Positions 31,101-38,031 of a stretch of DNA of 64,000 nucleotides are shown here, in pieces. The first letter of the stretch is position 1; every line of letters begins with the position of its first letter. Source of the DNA: Phaeocystidibacter sp. GTDB lineage: Bacteria; Bacteroidota; Bacteroidia; Flavobacteriales; Schleiferiaceae. The notes beneath the pieces are model-generated. The model saw nothing but the letters and a program-made list of their open reading frames with translations. It was not told the origin of the DNA and made no database searches. The position numbers were made by a program, and so were the translations under genes. The DNA lies in NCBI GenBank assembly GCA_965659725.1, contig CBFHXG010000009.1, forward strand, positions 1,391 to 65,390, in the 5' to 3' direction.

Positions 31101-33456
31101 ACGGCGATGTTCCGCCCGTGATATCAACATAACCCGAACCATCCGAATCACCATTACAAAGAATGGCATTGATGATAGAGGCCGCAGCCACGAGTTCAGC
31201 ATTTGGTTCTTCGATAGTAACCGTTGCAGAATCTTCACAACCATTGGCATCGGTGACGATAACGCTATATGTACCACCGCTCAACCCAACGTTCGCTGTA
31301 TCTGTAACTCCATTACTCCATTCAAAATCATAGGGTGGAGTTCCTCCTGTTGCGGCTGCAACTGCTGATCCATCTCCATCTCCAAAGCAGAGAACATCTG
31401 TTGAATCCGTGATGGTCACCACAAGAGGTGTTGCCGGCTCAGTGATCGTTACATTAGCAGAGTCGATACATCCATTCGCATCGGTTACCACGACCGAATA
31501 GGTTCCGGCCGGAACTTGAATCGAATTAGTAGTATCACCTGTGTTCCAAAGAATGGAGTAAGGGACGGTACCACCGGATATCTGAACAGTGGCTACACCA
31601 TCCGCTTCACCAAAACATGAAACGGCTGATGTCATTACTCCAATAGCGGCAAGCGCAGAGTCTGGCTGCGTGATAGTCAATGAAAGTGTATCAGTACAAC
31701 CTACACTGTCAGTTATGATAACGGTGTGGCTTCCAGCAGGAAGACCAATAGCAGTATCGCTGGTTTCTCCATTACTCCAAAGGTAGGTGTACGGTGACGT
31801 TCCACCTGAGCCTACTACCACGCCTACACCATCAGATCCTCCGAAACAGGATACAGGCGCTTCCGCAATGGTCAACCCTCCTACAGGCTGAGCAGGTTCT
31901 GTTATAGTTACTTCCAATGAATCGGCACAACCGTTGGCATCGGTTACAACAACGGAATAGGTTCCCGCAACAAGGTTATTACGAGCACTGTCGGTATTTC
32001 CATCGTTCCAAAGAAGCGAATATGGAGGTATGCCCCCAGTAATGAGTAGATCGACTTGACCCGTACTATCGCCAAAACAGAGGATAGGAACCTGATTGTC
32101 GATCACCACTTCAAGTGGAGATGCTGGTTGAACCAGGTCGATGGTAACTGAATCAGTACAACCATTGGCGTCAACTACGGTGAGGGAGTAACTCCCCGCT
32201 CCCATTCCATTGAGCGTATCGTGTATTGCACCCGTATTCCAAGAGAAGGCATATGGCGGAGTACCCCCAGTGGCAAAGCCAGCGAGCTGTCCGTTAAGAT
32301 CACCGAAACAATCTATACTATCTAATATATCTATGTTGGCTATGAGGGAATCGGGTTCCGTGACCGTCACACTGACAGTATCGGTACAACCACCACCGCT
32401 TGTGATATAGATCTCGTAGGTGCCGGCAGACAAACCATAAACGGTATCGCTTGTGGCGCCATTGGACCATAGATAGGTTGTTGGTGGAGCTCCACCCCAT
32501 ACATCAACCCATGCCCAACCGTCGGTATCACCATGACAACTAACCTGACTTCCTTGCTCGGCGATGGCCCAGCCACAACCGCCCAAAGTGAAAACAGGAG
32601 TACTATCAGTGATAGCGATAAATACACTATCTGGGTCGGTAAAGAGATTGTCATTTACACCACCAATATCGGAAGCAGCCCCACCTAAGGCAGAGCTTGC
32701 AGAAGAAGCAGTGGCAAAGATCATTCGGATAGAATCGTTCGGATTGATACCGAGACTATCGAATGGAACGTAGAAATCGAGGAATACTGGATCGTTCTTC
32801 CAACAGTTGGTGTATCCAGCATGGGATCTTTGAGAGTGGGTCGATCCTGGATAAGTAGATAGTTGCGTACCTGTAGTGGTGCCATCTACGTCCATGATCG
32901 AAACCGATCCTTGGCCCGCGGTACCATAGATGATCTCAAGCTCGAATCCAGGGTTACCTGTTACGGCGTTGGGGTCGGCCGTTGCTCCGGTAAAGCCAAT
33001 ACGGTTATCGGTATCGATCAAAAAACTAAACCCGTATGCGCCCGTTACGTTGCGTGCAATGCGGATCCTATACATAAGGAATTCGTCTCCGTTTCCAGGA
33101 GTTCCATCTTGATCACCTAAATACCAATAACCTGCACTCATTGGGTAGTTAGGATTGTCTACGATCTCGGACTTACCGCAATCGTTACCGGTTAGGAGGT
33201 CGGCAGGGGGTTCGGCAGAAAGGTGGAACATTGGAATCATCGGATACTCAAAGTCGAACGACTCATCGATCACCACGGAGGTATCAATAGCACCTCCAGA
33301 TGCGGATATCCACCCATCACTATTAGGGTCGAGTACCGTACCTGGACTACTTTGGTAGATACTACCGATCTGCTGACTCCATCCAAAGAATGAAATTAGG
33401 AGAAGAGTAATAAGCCACACGCGCCGTTTGCAGGGAAGCGAGTAGAGGCTTGCCAT
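22177..33456 (-). CDS. Giant T9SS type B (CHU_C) adhesin with about 44 SprB-type repeats
   Basis: About 76-aa repeats V.C.GG.DG...GGT.PY.Y.WS.G...VTD.NGC (44 counted by eye); C-terminal IPNAFTPN.D..N; probable start MASLY at 33456. Confidence 0.9.
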   Translation of the reverse strand: MASLYSLPCKRRVWLITLLLISFFGWSQQIGSIYQSSPGTVLDPNSDGWISASGGAIDTSVVIDESFDFEYPMIPMFHLSAEPPADLLTGNDCGKSEIVDNPNYPMSAGYWYLGDQDGTPGNGDEFLMYRIRIARNVTGAYGFSFLIDTDNRIGFTGATADPNAVTGNPGFELEIIYGTAGQGSVSIMDVDGTTTGTQLSTYPGSTHSQRSHAGYTNCWKNDPVFLDFYVPFDSLGINPNDSIRMIFATASSASSALGGAASDIGGVNDNLFTDPDSVFIAITDSTPVFTLGGCGWAIAEQGSQVSCHGDTDGWAWVDVWGGAPPTTYLWSNGATSDTVYGLSAGTYEIYITSGGGCTDTVSVTVTEPDSLIANIDILDSIDCFGDLNGQLAGFATGGTPPYAFSWNTGAIHDTLNGMGAGSYSLTVVDANGCTDSVTIDLVQPASPLEVVIDNQVPILCFGDSTGQVDLLITGGIPPYSLLWNDGNTDSARNNLVAGTYSVVVTDANGCADSLEVTITEPAQPVGGLTIAEAPVSCFGGSDGVGVVVGSGGTSPYTYLWSNGETSDTAIGLPAGSHTVIITDSVGCTDTLSLTITQPDSALAAIGVMTSAVSCFGEADGVATVQISGGTVPYSILWNTGDTTNSIQVPAGTYSVVVTDANGCIDSANVTITEPATPLVVTITDSTDVLCFGDGDGSAVAAATGGTPPYDFEWSNGVTDTANVGLSGGTYSVIVTDANGCEDSATVTIEEPNAELVAAASIINAILCNGDSDGSGYVDITGGTSPYTISWSNGASTDTIQNLVAGTYTATVTDANGCIDTAVFTLTEPTALNVSANVDSNVLCFGEAAGEATVTVSGGFSPYTYLWSSGQTTAVVTDLTAGTHTVVVTDANGCEDSINVTITQPAAALQAGTSSTVGVTCRGDLDGAATATATGGTPPYMYSWSNGMTGANINGLAGGDYILIVTDANGCTDIDTVNIFEAPFELLVGAVDGNAITCAGGSDGIAYASATGGAPPYTFSWSNGMTGDTITGITAGSYIVTVTDSMGCTDTNTVVVTEPDPLVENLNFTNVTCFGANDGTASVMPTGGVPPYSYAWNTGATTQSISGLATGTYWVQITDANGCAEFDTATITQPSMPLAAIISKTDVNCFGGSDGTAEAIGSGGVTPYTYLWSDGQTGQIATGLVPGGYYVIMTDANGCQDSAHVTITQPASALSATATLISAPTCGGFLDGSAYGTASGGTAPYTYTWNNGTANDTVTGLGGGQIVLTVTDSNGCQATDTLDVPPPSVDLAVSATIIGEIPCNGSSDGVLYGVASGGNPPYIISWSTGHTGDTLSGVPAGQYLVYVVDSLGCSSTSSITIDEPDPVTSSTSVVNNVSCFGGADGSASVSGSGGTPPYTFAWTDGQTSATATGLAAGDHYVTVTDSNGCQVMDTVTITEPATAVAASAQMDTSVSCVGGADGEASASAMGGTPPYTFSWSNGQTSAIATGLPAGAHTVIVTDSLGCQDTASVVITEPAVATDVNAVQITGVSCVGSTDGWATVAGSGGTPPYTYAWSNGQSGDSAFGLAQSTYVVTVTDARGCTDAANITIPGPSAPLSASAIDAMTISCFGASDGTAYVTATGGWGGYTYLWSTGSTNDTITGIAIGTYTVTITDSMGCSITESVTITQPTAVAAATALVNDVSCLGGSDGSAVASGSGGTPPYTFSWSNGETTDTTIALTAGTHTVTVTDSNGCTATAQIVIDEPSTAVSGGASVLTNVLCFGDSTATARATASGGTSPYTYLWSNGQTTRTATGFWAGTHTVIVTDANGCTDTAAVTVTQPATRITASASMIASVSCFGGNDGQATASASGGTAPYTYLWSTGASGATATGLSAQWYTVTVTDANGCSDTARVRITQPSAPVSVSGVVVNTITCFGGSDGSAWANATGGTPPYTYSWSDGQTGDTAIGLTAGTYAVLVTDSLGCQDLVSVVITQPASDIFASGVALTTTSCFGGADGTATVTVTNGIPPFTYVWSDGQTTDTATGLTPGIYSVTVTDSLGCDVTANVTISSPPQDIMLTMTLLGQVSCIGGSDGSANVFAQGGTAPYTYLWSNGETTATAINLSAGTHSVAVVDSLGCSDTAYVTIGEPASAVDASASVLFPVNCFGGSDGYATASATGGTPPYTYTWSDGQTGNTAFNLDTGLYIVTVVDANGCMDTAHVTMTQPDSAISIQINVLNNVSCLGGADGAILASAIGGTPPYSFDWDHGPSVPLASGLAAGRYTVTVTDDNGCQDSISVTITQPATALTLSVAQLSAVNCFGRSDGVAYAVASGGDGPYTYSWSNGMSGDTVSALAAGSYVVTVTDSNGCQVTAGVNIGQPATALNVSAIVNSNVSCFGGSNGSATATTTGGTAPYTYAWSDGQTTATATGLVAGVYTVVATDANGCTDSSTVTITQPATAISLNTNVINNVSCYGGSDANAHVSYTGGTPPYSVAWSNGGLSDTIVNIPAGTYSVIITDANGCSASDSVVITQPASALDASAAINSNVSCFGVPTGSATATATGGTSPYTFAWSNGANTPTINALSAGQYVVTITDANGCFDMDSVIITQPASALSVSLIASQNVDCFGNSTGSIQVNTSGGTAPYTYAWSNGASTANLTNLVAGTYSLTVTDANGCTDTLSVNITQPSAALTSTSAVIQNVSCFGGNNGLAYITYTGGTAPYSVSWSSGATTDTINNLIAGTYTVTIADANGCTTTETVTITEPSSALNVSATVNANVACFGGSTGSATATGSGGTSPYTYAWSNGAIGANQTGLTAGSYTVTITDANGCSDTATVVITQPASALSVAILSSTDINCFGASTGTATAGGSGGTAPYTYAWSNGATGATISNVAAGTYTVTVTDANGCTSTANVTLNQPGSALTSTSTIVSQVTCFGGATGEAYVTYSGGTAPYSVLWNSGQTTDTISNITAGTYTVVITDANGCTTSQSVVITQPASALTLNAVVSNHVSCFGSNSGAGAANVSGGTAPYTYNWSNGATSANISGLATGTYTVTVTDANGCVVSGSITINGPSNALSASAGVLSHVNCFGGATGSASATPGGGTSPYTYAWSNGATTATVSNLSAGTYSVTITDVNGCTATASVTINQPTSGISVSTNSITDVNCFGGSDGAVMINVTGGTAPFTYAWSNGATTANLAGVTAGTYTVTVTDASGCNTTHSVSVSQPASGIAVTPTATGHVNCFNGLDGFATISVTGGTSPYTINWNNGQAGTTASNLAAGTYVATVTDANGCTDSISITINQPSGSLNAANGFIQNVSCFGGNDGWAYVQINGGTAPYNVSWSNGSTNDTLSQVSTGSYTAVVTDANGCTDSTTVVITEPNSPITANVNIIQNVFCKGDANGSVYTNYTGGTPPYQVSWSNGATTDTLNYLLAGQYTVTITDANGCSVTVSGNVTEPNRDLSAAANMLTPVMCYGEADGIAHVNLVGGTPPYNVVWSNGHQGDTAVGLPVGRYGVVVTDAMGCYKTDSVDITGPNQDLGTVEDVIGINCGGANSGSANINPFGGTPPYVVTWSHGQSGMNIGNLGVGKYAYTVIDANGCRIEDTVEVVENEPIETGITVDFATCPTSNDGYVDLDVSGGTPPYSFYFDGQLFSGTKEDIRPGSHELTIADALGCDSTFYIYVGVDEDQEYLHIPNAFTPNEDMINEKYKIVGSECIGPSRFQIFDRWGNLVFSSHDPFNEFWDGTRGDGVKVKEDTYVWVFTSAEYEKRGWVTVIH

Positions 33457-33640
33457 AGTTACTTGTTTTTGGTCTCTATATTTTTTTATCGCCCTTCGCA
33501 TAAGTTTACTTCAGGACAACTAGTCAAAGCTACACCACTCTAAATCACGAAGTTGTACACCCTTTCCGACATTCTATTCTGACTATTAAAGTAGAATTCG
33601 AGGCCAGTTGCTTAATTTACTGCATACTAACTACGAGTCA

Positions 33641-34819
33641 ATGAGTGCTTCTGGATCTCAAAGCCGGATAAAATATCGGATCAGGAAAGGTCTCTTCTTC
33701 TTTATTCTATTGACACCGCTCTGGAGTTATTGCTGGTGGTTGGCCAGTTCTTCCAGACCATTCAAGGTGGCAATGCTCAATAAAACTACTCAGGAGTACA
33801 ATGATCTTGAGCACTGAGCTTTTACTCGGGTTCTCAATCATCATCGATGAACAAAAGCCAACGGGCAACATTACAATAGCCGACGAGATTTCTTAGGCCC
33901 AATTCCGCAGTCCATCAAGTTATCAAAAACTACTGAAATACAGCAACTTAGCAGGGAGCAAATTGATAGCATTGCTGATAATCTCGATGCTGGGTACTTC
34001 ATTGACACCTATGGGACCTACTACGAAGACCTCGACGACAGAGATTCGTCATTGCCTTCTAAAGGGTTGATATACGGCGGTTTAGAACGCAGCGATGTGT
34101 CGTTGATGCAGGCCCTAGTGGAGAGAAATAAGCTAGTATTGGCCGAGTTCAGCGTCTTTGGATATCCTACGCCTCCAGACATCAAAGAGAGAGCTGAAAA
34201 CATCCTTGGGGCTCGATTTACGGGTTGGGTAGGAAGGTATTGGGAGGAGCTGGACACATCGATATCCGGAGAGATACCCGATTGGATCCCGCACTTGTAT
34301 GAGGAAAAGTACAATAAGCCCTATGCCTTCTCTGGCCCAGGCATAGGATTCTTCCACGATAATGGCGACCTACTCATCATTCCCGAAAGAGAACTAATCC
34401 ACCAGGTACCTATCATGGAAACTGAAAAGGAACTGGCAGCAACGCTCGGCGTAGACCCTTTCGTGAGATATCCATTTTGGTTTGAGATATGTGAACCAGA
34501 CACAGCCGTAAGGTCGCTCTCTCAATTCCGCATCTACCCTGGCGCAGAAGCCCAGGCCAAAATGAGAGCTCTTCAAATCCCAACCTTCTTCCCGGCCGTC
34601 TTAGTACACAGAAATTGGAAAACGATCTACTTCGCCGGCGATTTTACAGATAATACCGTGGGCAGGACATCCCGCCACTTCGCGGGTATAACCCATTTTG
34701 GAAGGTTCTTCTATGACAATAGGAATGTGGGAGACAGATGAAAATTCTTCTGGGAATGGTATGAGCCCTTCGTGTCTGGAACCATTGAGCGATACATGAA
34801 CCCAGACTTGCGCCTTTAG
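33641..34819 (+). pseudogene. Membrane-anchored hypothetical protein, 392 codons, interrupted by three in-frame TGA (33815, 33848, 34739)
   Basis: One continuous reading frame with protein-like sequence on both sides of each stop. Confidence 0.75.
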
Positions 34820-35773
34820 GAAGGGAGTCATGCTTTGTTCCACATCGAGTTCGGCGATGGCCTTGATGATCTCGACCTGTACCGTCTTACTTTCCACTTC
34901 GAATCTGCGAATGAGCTCTGGAAGCAACTCCGGAGCGCCTAACTGCCCGATGGCTCGAGTAGAAAGCTTTCGTATCTCTTCCCTTTTGTGCTTCAACAAG
35001 GCAAGGCCAGCAAACTTCACCTCATACCAGCCCATTCTGAGGCACATGCGGAGTCCCAGCTCAACCAACGAATCATTCTTAGAGTCGAGCCATCCCAAAA
35101 CCTCACTCTTTGCGGCATCTCCGAGGTCGGCACACTCATCTATCAACCTCAATTGCTGCCACTTGGAGACTTCGTTTGCAATGGAGTGAATGGACTTCAA
35201 GGCACGCATTCAGCCAAGAACGATGGCGGCAAATTGCGCTTCATCACGGACCAAGCGTTTGGGGTGATCTACATACTGCATCACCTCGAACAAATAATTT
35301 CGAACTTGAAATTCAGATAGGGCACCAATCGCTTTCACCTTTTGATGCCAGGCTCCAGATTTGAGTAATTCCAACGTTCTTTCAGGTAGACCGATATCTC
35401 GATATATCTTTCGAATCCGCTCTGCCGACTCCCCTTCCAACTGCTGATGCAATTCTACCAGGTAGTCGCTTATCCTGGCATAACTGTGGAAGTCGTACAT
35501 GCCTTTGTTGAGCCAATTGCGCATCCTCACGATGTTCTTTTTCCACTCGCCTTCCTCCATATCGTCATAGATCATTTCCATGATGATCGGCTCGATCTTT
35601 TCGATGAGGTTGGAGGCCTTTCGCTCGGCAATGGCCTTTCTTGCCCGGAGTCGTAAAACGATGATAGTCAGTGCAATGGAAACAGAAAAGAGTGCCATGG
35701 AAAATGCCACGATGATCTGAAATCTCAGATCGTGAGATAGATACCAGTTCCAAATATCCTGAAGGGTGGTCAT
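34820..35773 (-). pseudogene. HEAT-repeat membrane protein split by an in-frame TGA (35210-35212), 3' end apparently truncated
   Basis: ORFs 35210-35773 and 34601-35209 are in the same frame (..AIVLG*MRAL..); the frame runs into the convergent gene without its own stop. Confidence 0.7.
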
Positions 35774-35801
35774 TGCGCTCCGGTGTGGTTAGGAGCCCAA
35801 T

Positions 35802-36167
35802 TTATCGCAAAAGTTTCTTTACACGAAGAATTAACTCTTTCGGATTGAAAGGCTTCGTCATAAAGTCGTCTGCTCCCAGATCGAAAGCATCGATAACCGT
35901 ATCCTCAGTCTTCAATCCGGTTAGCAACAGGACCCGCATTTCTGCATTGTTTTCCTTGACGCTTTTGAGGAGTTCCATCCCACTTAGTCCGGGCATCATC
36001 ACGTCTGAGATGATCAGATCGAACTCTCCCCCATTCTTGAGCTTATCAATGGCTTCCTCACCACTTGAGGCTGTATCAACACTATAGCCCTCCTTTTTCA
36101 GCTTGAATTCAACTGCTTTGAGGAGGATCGCTTCGTCGTCTACTACTAAGATCTTTTGACCTGCCAT
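35802..36167 (-). CDS. Single-domain response regulator
   Basis: ILVVDD, DVMMP (phospho-Asp), LT, FMTKPF; start MAGQK. Confidence 0.92.
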   Translation of the reverse strand: MAGQKILVVDDEAILLKAVEFKLKKEGYSVDTASSGEEAIDKLKNGGEFDLIISDVMMPGLSGMELLKSVKENNAEMRVLLLTGLKTEDTVIDAFDLGADDFMTKPFNPKELILRVKKLLR

Positions 36168-36378
36168 GGAGGTAACTTTCTCTGGGGTGGTGCGGCTAAT
36201 ATACCTACATCCTCTAAAATAGCCGTTTTTGAAGGTTTCAAAATTTAACAAACGCGTGATTTTTCAGCGGTTAAGGCAGAATTCCCTTACGGGTTAAGCC
36301 ATCCTCTTACCAATCATCGAAACTAACCTCCCGTTTATCGAAAAACCCCAGCGGTTACGCGTTCAGTTCTCTAGCTCA

Positions 36379-36567
36379 ATGAAGAATGATGTTACCATTG
36401 AAGTAGTAAACCTCTCCGGACAAATCCTCTACTCTAAAGAGAACATTAGTCCTTACGGTGAGCACACCTTCTCATTTGATACGGGTCTGAACGAAGCATA
36501 CGTTTACGTCGTACGCATCATCGACACCCAGACAGAAGAAATGTGGAGTGAGAAGATCATCTATTGA
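36379..36567 (+). CDS. Small T9SS-CTD-like ORF or gene remnant
   Basis: IEVVNLSGQIL...Y.VRI...KII resembles a type A CTD; no signal peptide. Confidence 0.4.
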   Translation: MKNDVTIEVVNLSGQILYSKENISPYGEHTFSFDTGLNEAYVYVVRIIDTQTEEMWSEKIIY

Positions 36568-36592
36568 TCGGAACCCTCACACTATACTATAG

Positions 36593-36623
36593 AAAGCCTC
36601 CGGTCGTGGAGGCTTTTATTTTT
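36593..36623 (+). terminator. Intrinsic terminator
   Basis: aaagcctcc-ggtcgt-ggaggcttt plus T-rich tail. Confidence 0.85.
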
Positions 36624-36726
36624 ACAGAGAATTAGTTTTCAAGGTCACTATTGATTTTGATATTCAAATAATGAGGCACTAAGGTTTCTACGAACAGCTG
36701 GGCGAAGGACCATTCACGAGGGGTGT

Positions 36727-36920
36727 TCTGCCTGGGGTCAGCTCCCGCTGCCCCGATATCAAGTTACGAAGAAAGCACACGTTAGTCGGAGGATATACGG
36801 ATACAAACGGATAATTCACAAACGGACCGGCTTCGGTCATTTATGTCCTTGAGATCCGCGAGATCCGTTTGATATGCACTAACTTGAGAGCAGGGGATGC
36901 GGGAGCAGCCCCCAGGGAAA
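36727..36920. repeat. Dispersed inverted-repeat element, copy 2
   Basis: Left arm 25/28 and right arm 20/28 identical to copy 1; shared internal blocks. Confidence 0.8.
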
Positions 36921-37011
36921 CCCCTCCCCAACCAGGAATCCTGCCCATGCCATTCTAAGCCTTGCCAAAGACCCATCGATCTCTTCCAAATACTACTAGC
37001 TGGCAATCCTT

Positions 37012-37377
37012 TCAATCCCCTTTCAACCTATCCAGATCCCTTCTTTCACGCTTGGTGGGTCTACCCGTTCCTCTATCCCGTTGAAGGTTCTTCGCCAACC
37101 TCAAAAATTCTTGCTTATCCGCCTCTTCCTGAGGCGTGGTTTCTTTAATTAGATCGGGAACTAACTTGGCACCTACCCTCGACTTTGGGATGCTGATGAC
37201 CTTGAAACTTCTGGAAAAGCCGTGGAATTTGACAGTGAACTCATCGCCGCTTTTCAACTCCCGAGATGCCTTTACAGGAATATCATCGATCAACACACGT
37301 TCTTTTCGCACCTCATTGGCTGCCAAAGATCGCGTCTTAAAGATCCGTACACACCACAAGAATTTATCGACCCGCAT
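37012..37377 (-). CDS. hslR: Heat shock protein 15 (S4 RNA-binding domain)
   Basis: MRVDKFLW..R.FKTRSLA and GRPTKRERR motifs. Confidence 0.92.
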   Translation of the reverse strand: MRVDKFLWCVRIFKTRSLAANEVRKERVLIDDIPVKASRELKSGDEFTVKFHGFSRSFKVISIPKSRVGAKLVPDLIKETTPQEEADKQEFLRLAKNLQRDRGTGRPTKRERRDLDRLKGD

Positions 37378-38020
37378 CCTCAATGATCTCCTTTAGCAAT
37401 TCCGGCTCAACGCTGTGTCCACCGTGATATCGGTGCAGAGTTGGCCGTATGTCGAATTCAGCAAGTTGACCTAACACTTCTTGTACCTTGTCTTCTGGAG
37501 CGTACTCATCCGCGTCTCCAAAAACGGCATCGAATTGAACCGAATCGAAGGCTGATTTCTTCACCGCATAATCAATATCGGGAGGAAACGAGCCTGCCCA
37601 GCAAATAAGGTGGTCGATGCCCTTTCCGTCTCTGTGATCCATCCATCGGCAGGCGGTTGAAACGCCCTGGGAGAAGCCAACGAGAGTAACATGCTCAATG
37701 TTCGGGGAGTTATTTCGCTCAAGTTCCAATACAGTATCAAGATGTTTCGCTTGGTCCCGTATATCATCCAATCTGGCCTCCTTGGTCATCCAAGATGCAC
37801 CCACTCTACCGCTTGTTCCTTCAAGATAAAATCTGTGAAGTCCCTCTGGCGCAACAACTCTTCTTTCAGCATTCTCCAAGTGCGCAAACTTTCTCAGAAA
37901 GTAAGAAGGAAGCTGTCCGTATCCGTGTAAAGCAATAATCAATCTCTTGACCCGTAGTCCAGGTTCTCCCAGTGAGAATAGTCTTGCAGTTTTCTCTACT
38001 ATGATCTTTTGTTCGTTCAA
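37364..38020 (-). CDS. Alpha/beta hydrolase (phospholipase/carboxylesterase-like)
   Basis: LHGYG, GFSQG nucleophile elbow, D and GGH triad residues. Confidence 0.88.
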   Translation of the reverse strand: MNEQKIIVEKTARLFSLGEPGLRVKRLIIALHGYGQLPSYFLRKFAHLENAERRVVAPEGLHRFYLEGTSGRVGASWMTKEARLDDIRDQAKHLDTVLELERNNSPNIEHVTLVGFSQGVSTACRWMDHRDGKGIDHLICWAGSFPPDIDYAVKKSAFDSVQFDAVFGDADEYAPEDKVQEVLGQLAEFDIRPTLHRYHGGHSVEPELLKEIIEDAGR

Positions 38021-38031
38021 GTGAAGGGAGT

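Noticed and set aside
22177-33456. Calling the adhesin sprB itself
   Set aside because: No sprC/sprD/sprF context; SprB-type repeats occur in many other proteins
22177-33501. The many short ORFs on both strands inside the giant adhesin
   Set aside because: Shadow frames of a repetitive gene with no motifs of their own
33552-33590. Second ECF-type promoter (caccctttcc...tctgac)
   Set aside because: The -35 resembles the 17.4-kb motif, but there is no AAC or CGTC at the right spacing
33641-35773. Genetic code 4 or 25, or selenocysteine, as the explanation for the TGAs
   Set aside because: TGA ends many intact genes in this window, the contexts are not Cys-like redox motifs, and I saw no obvious SECIS hairpin; not fully excluded without orthologs
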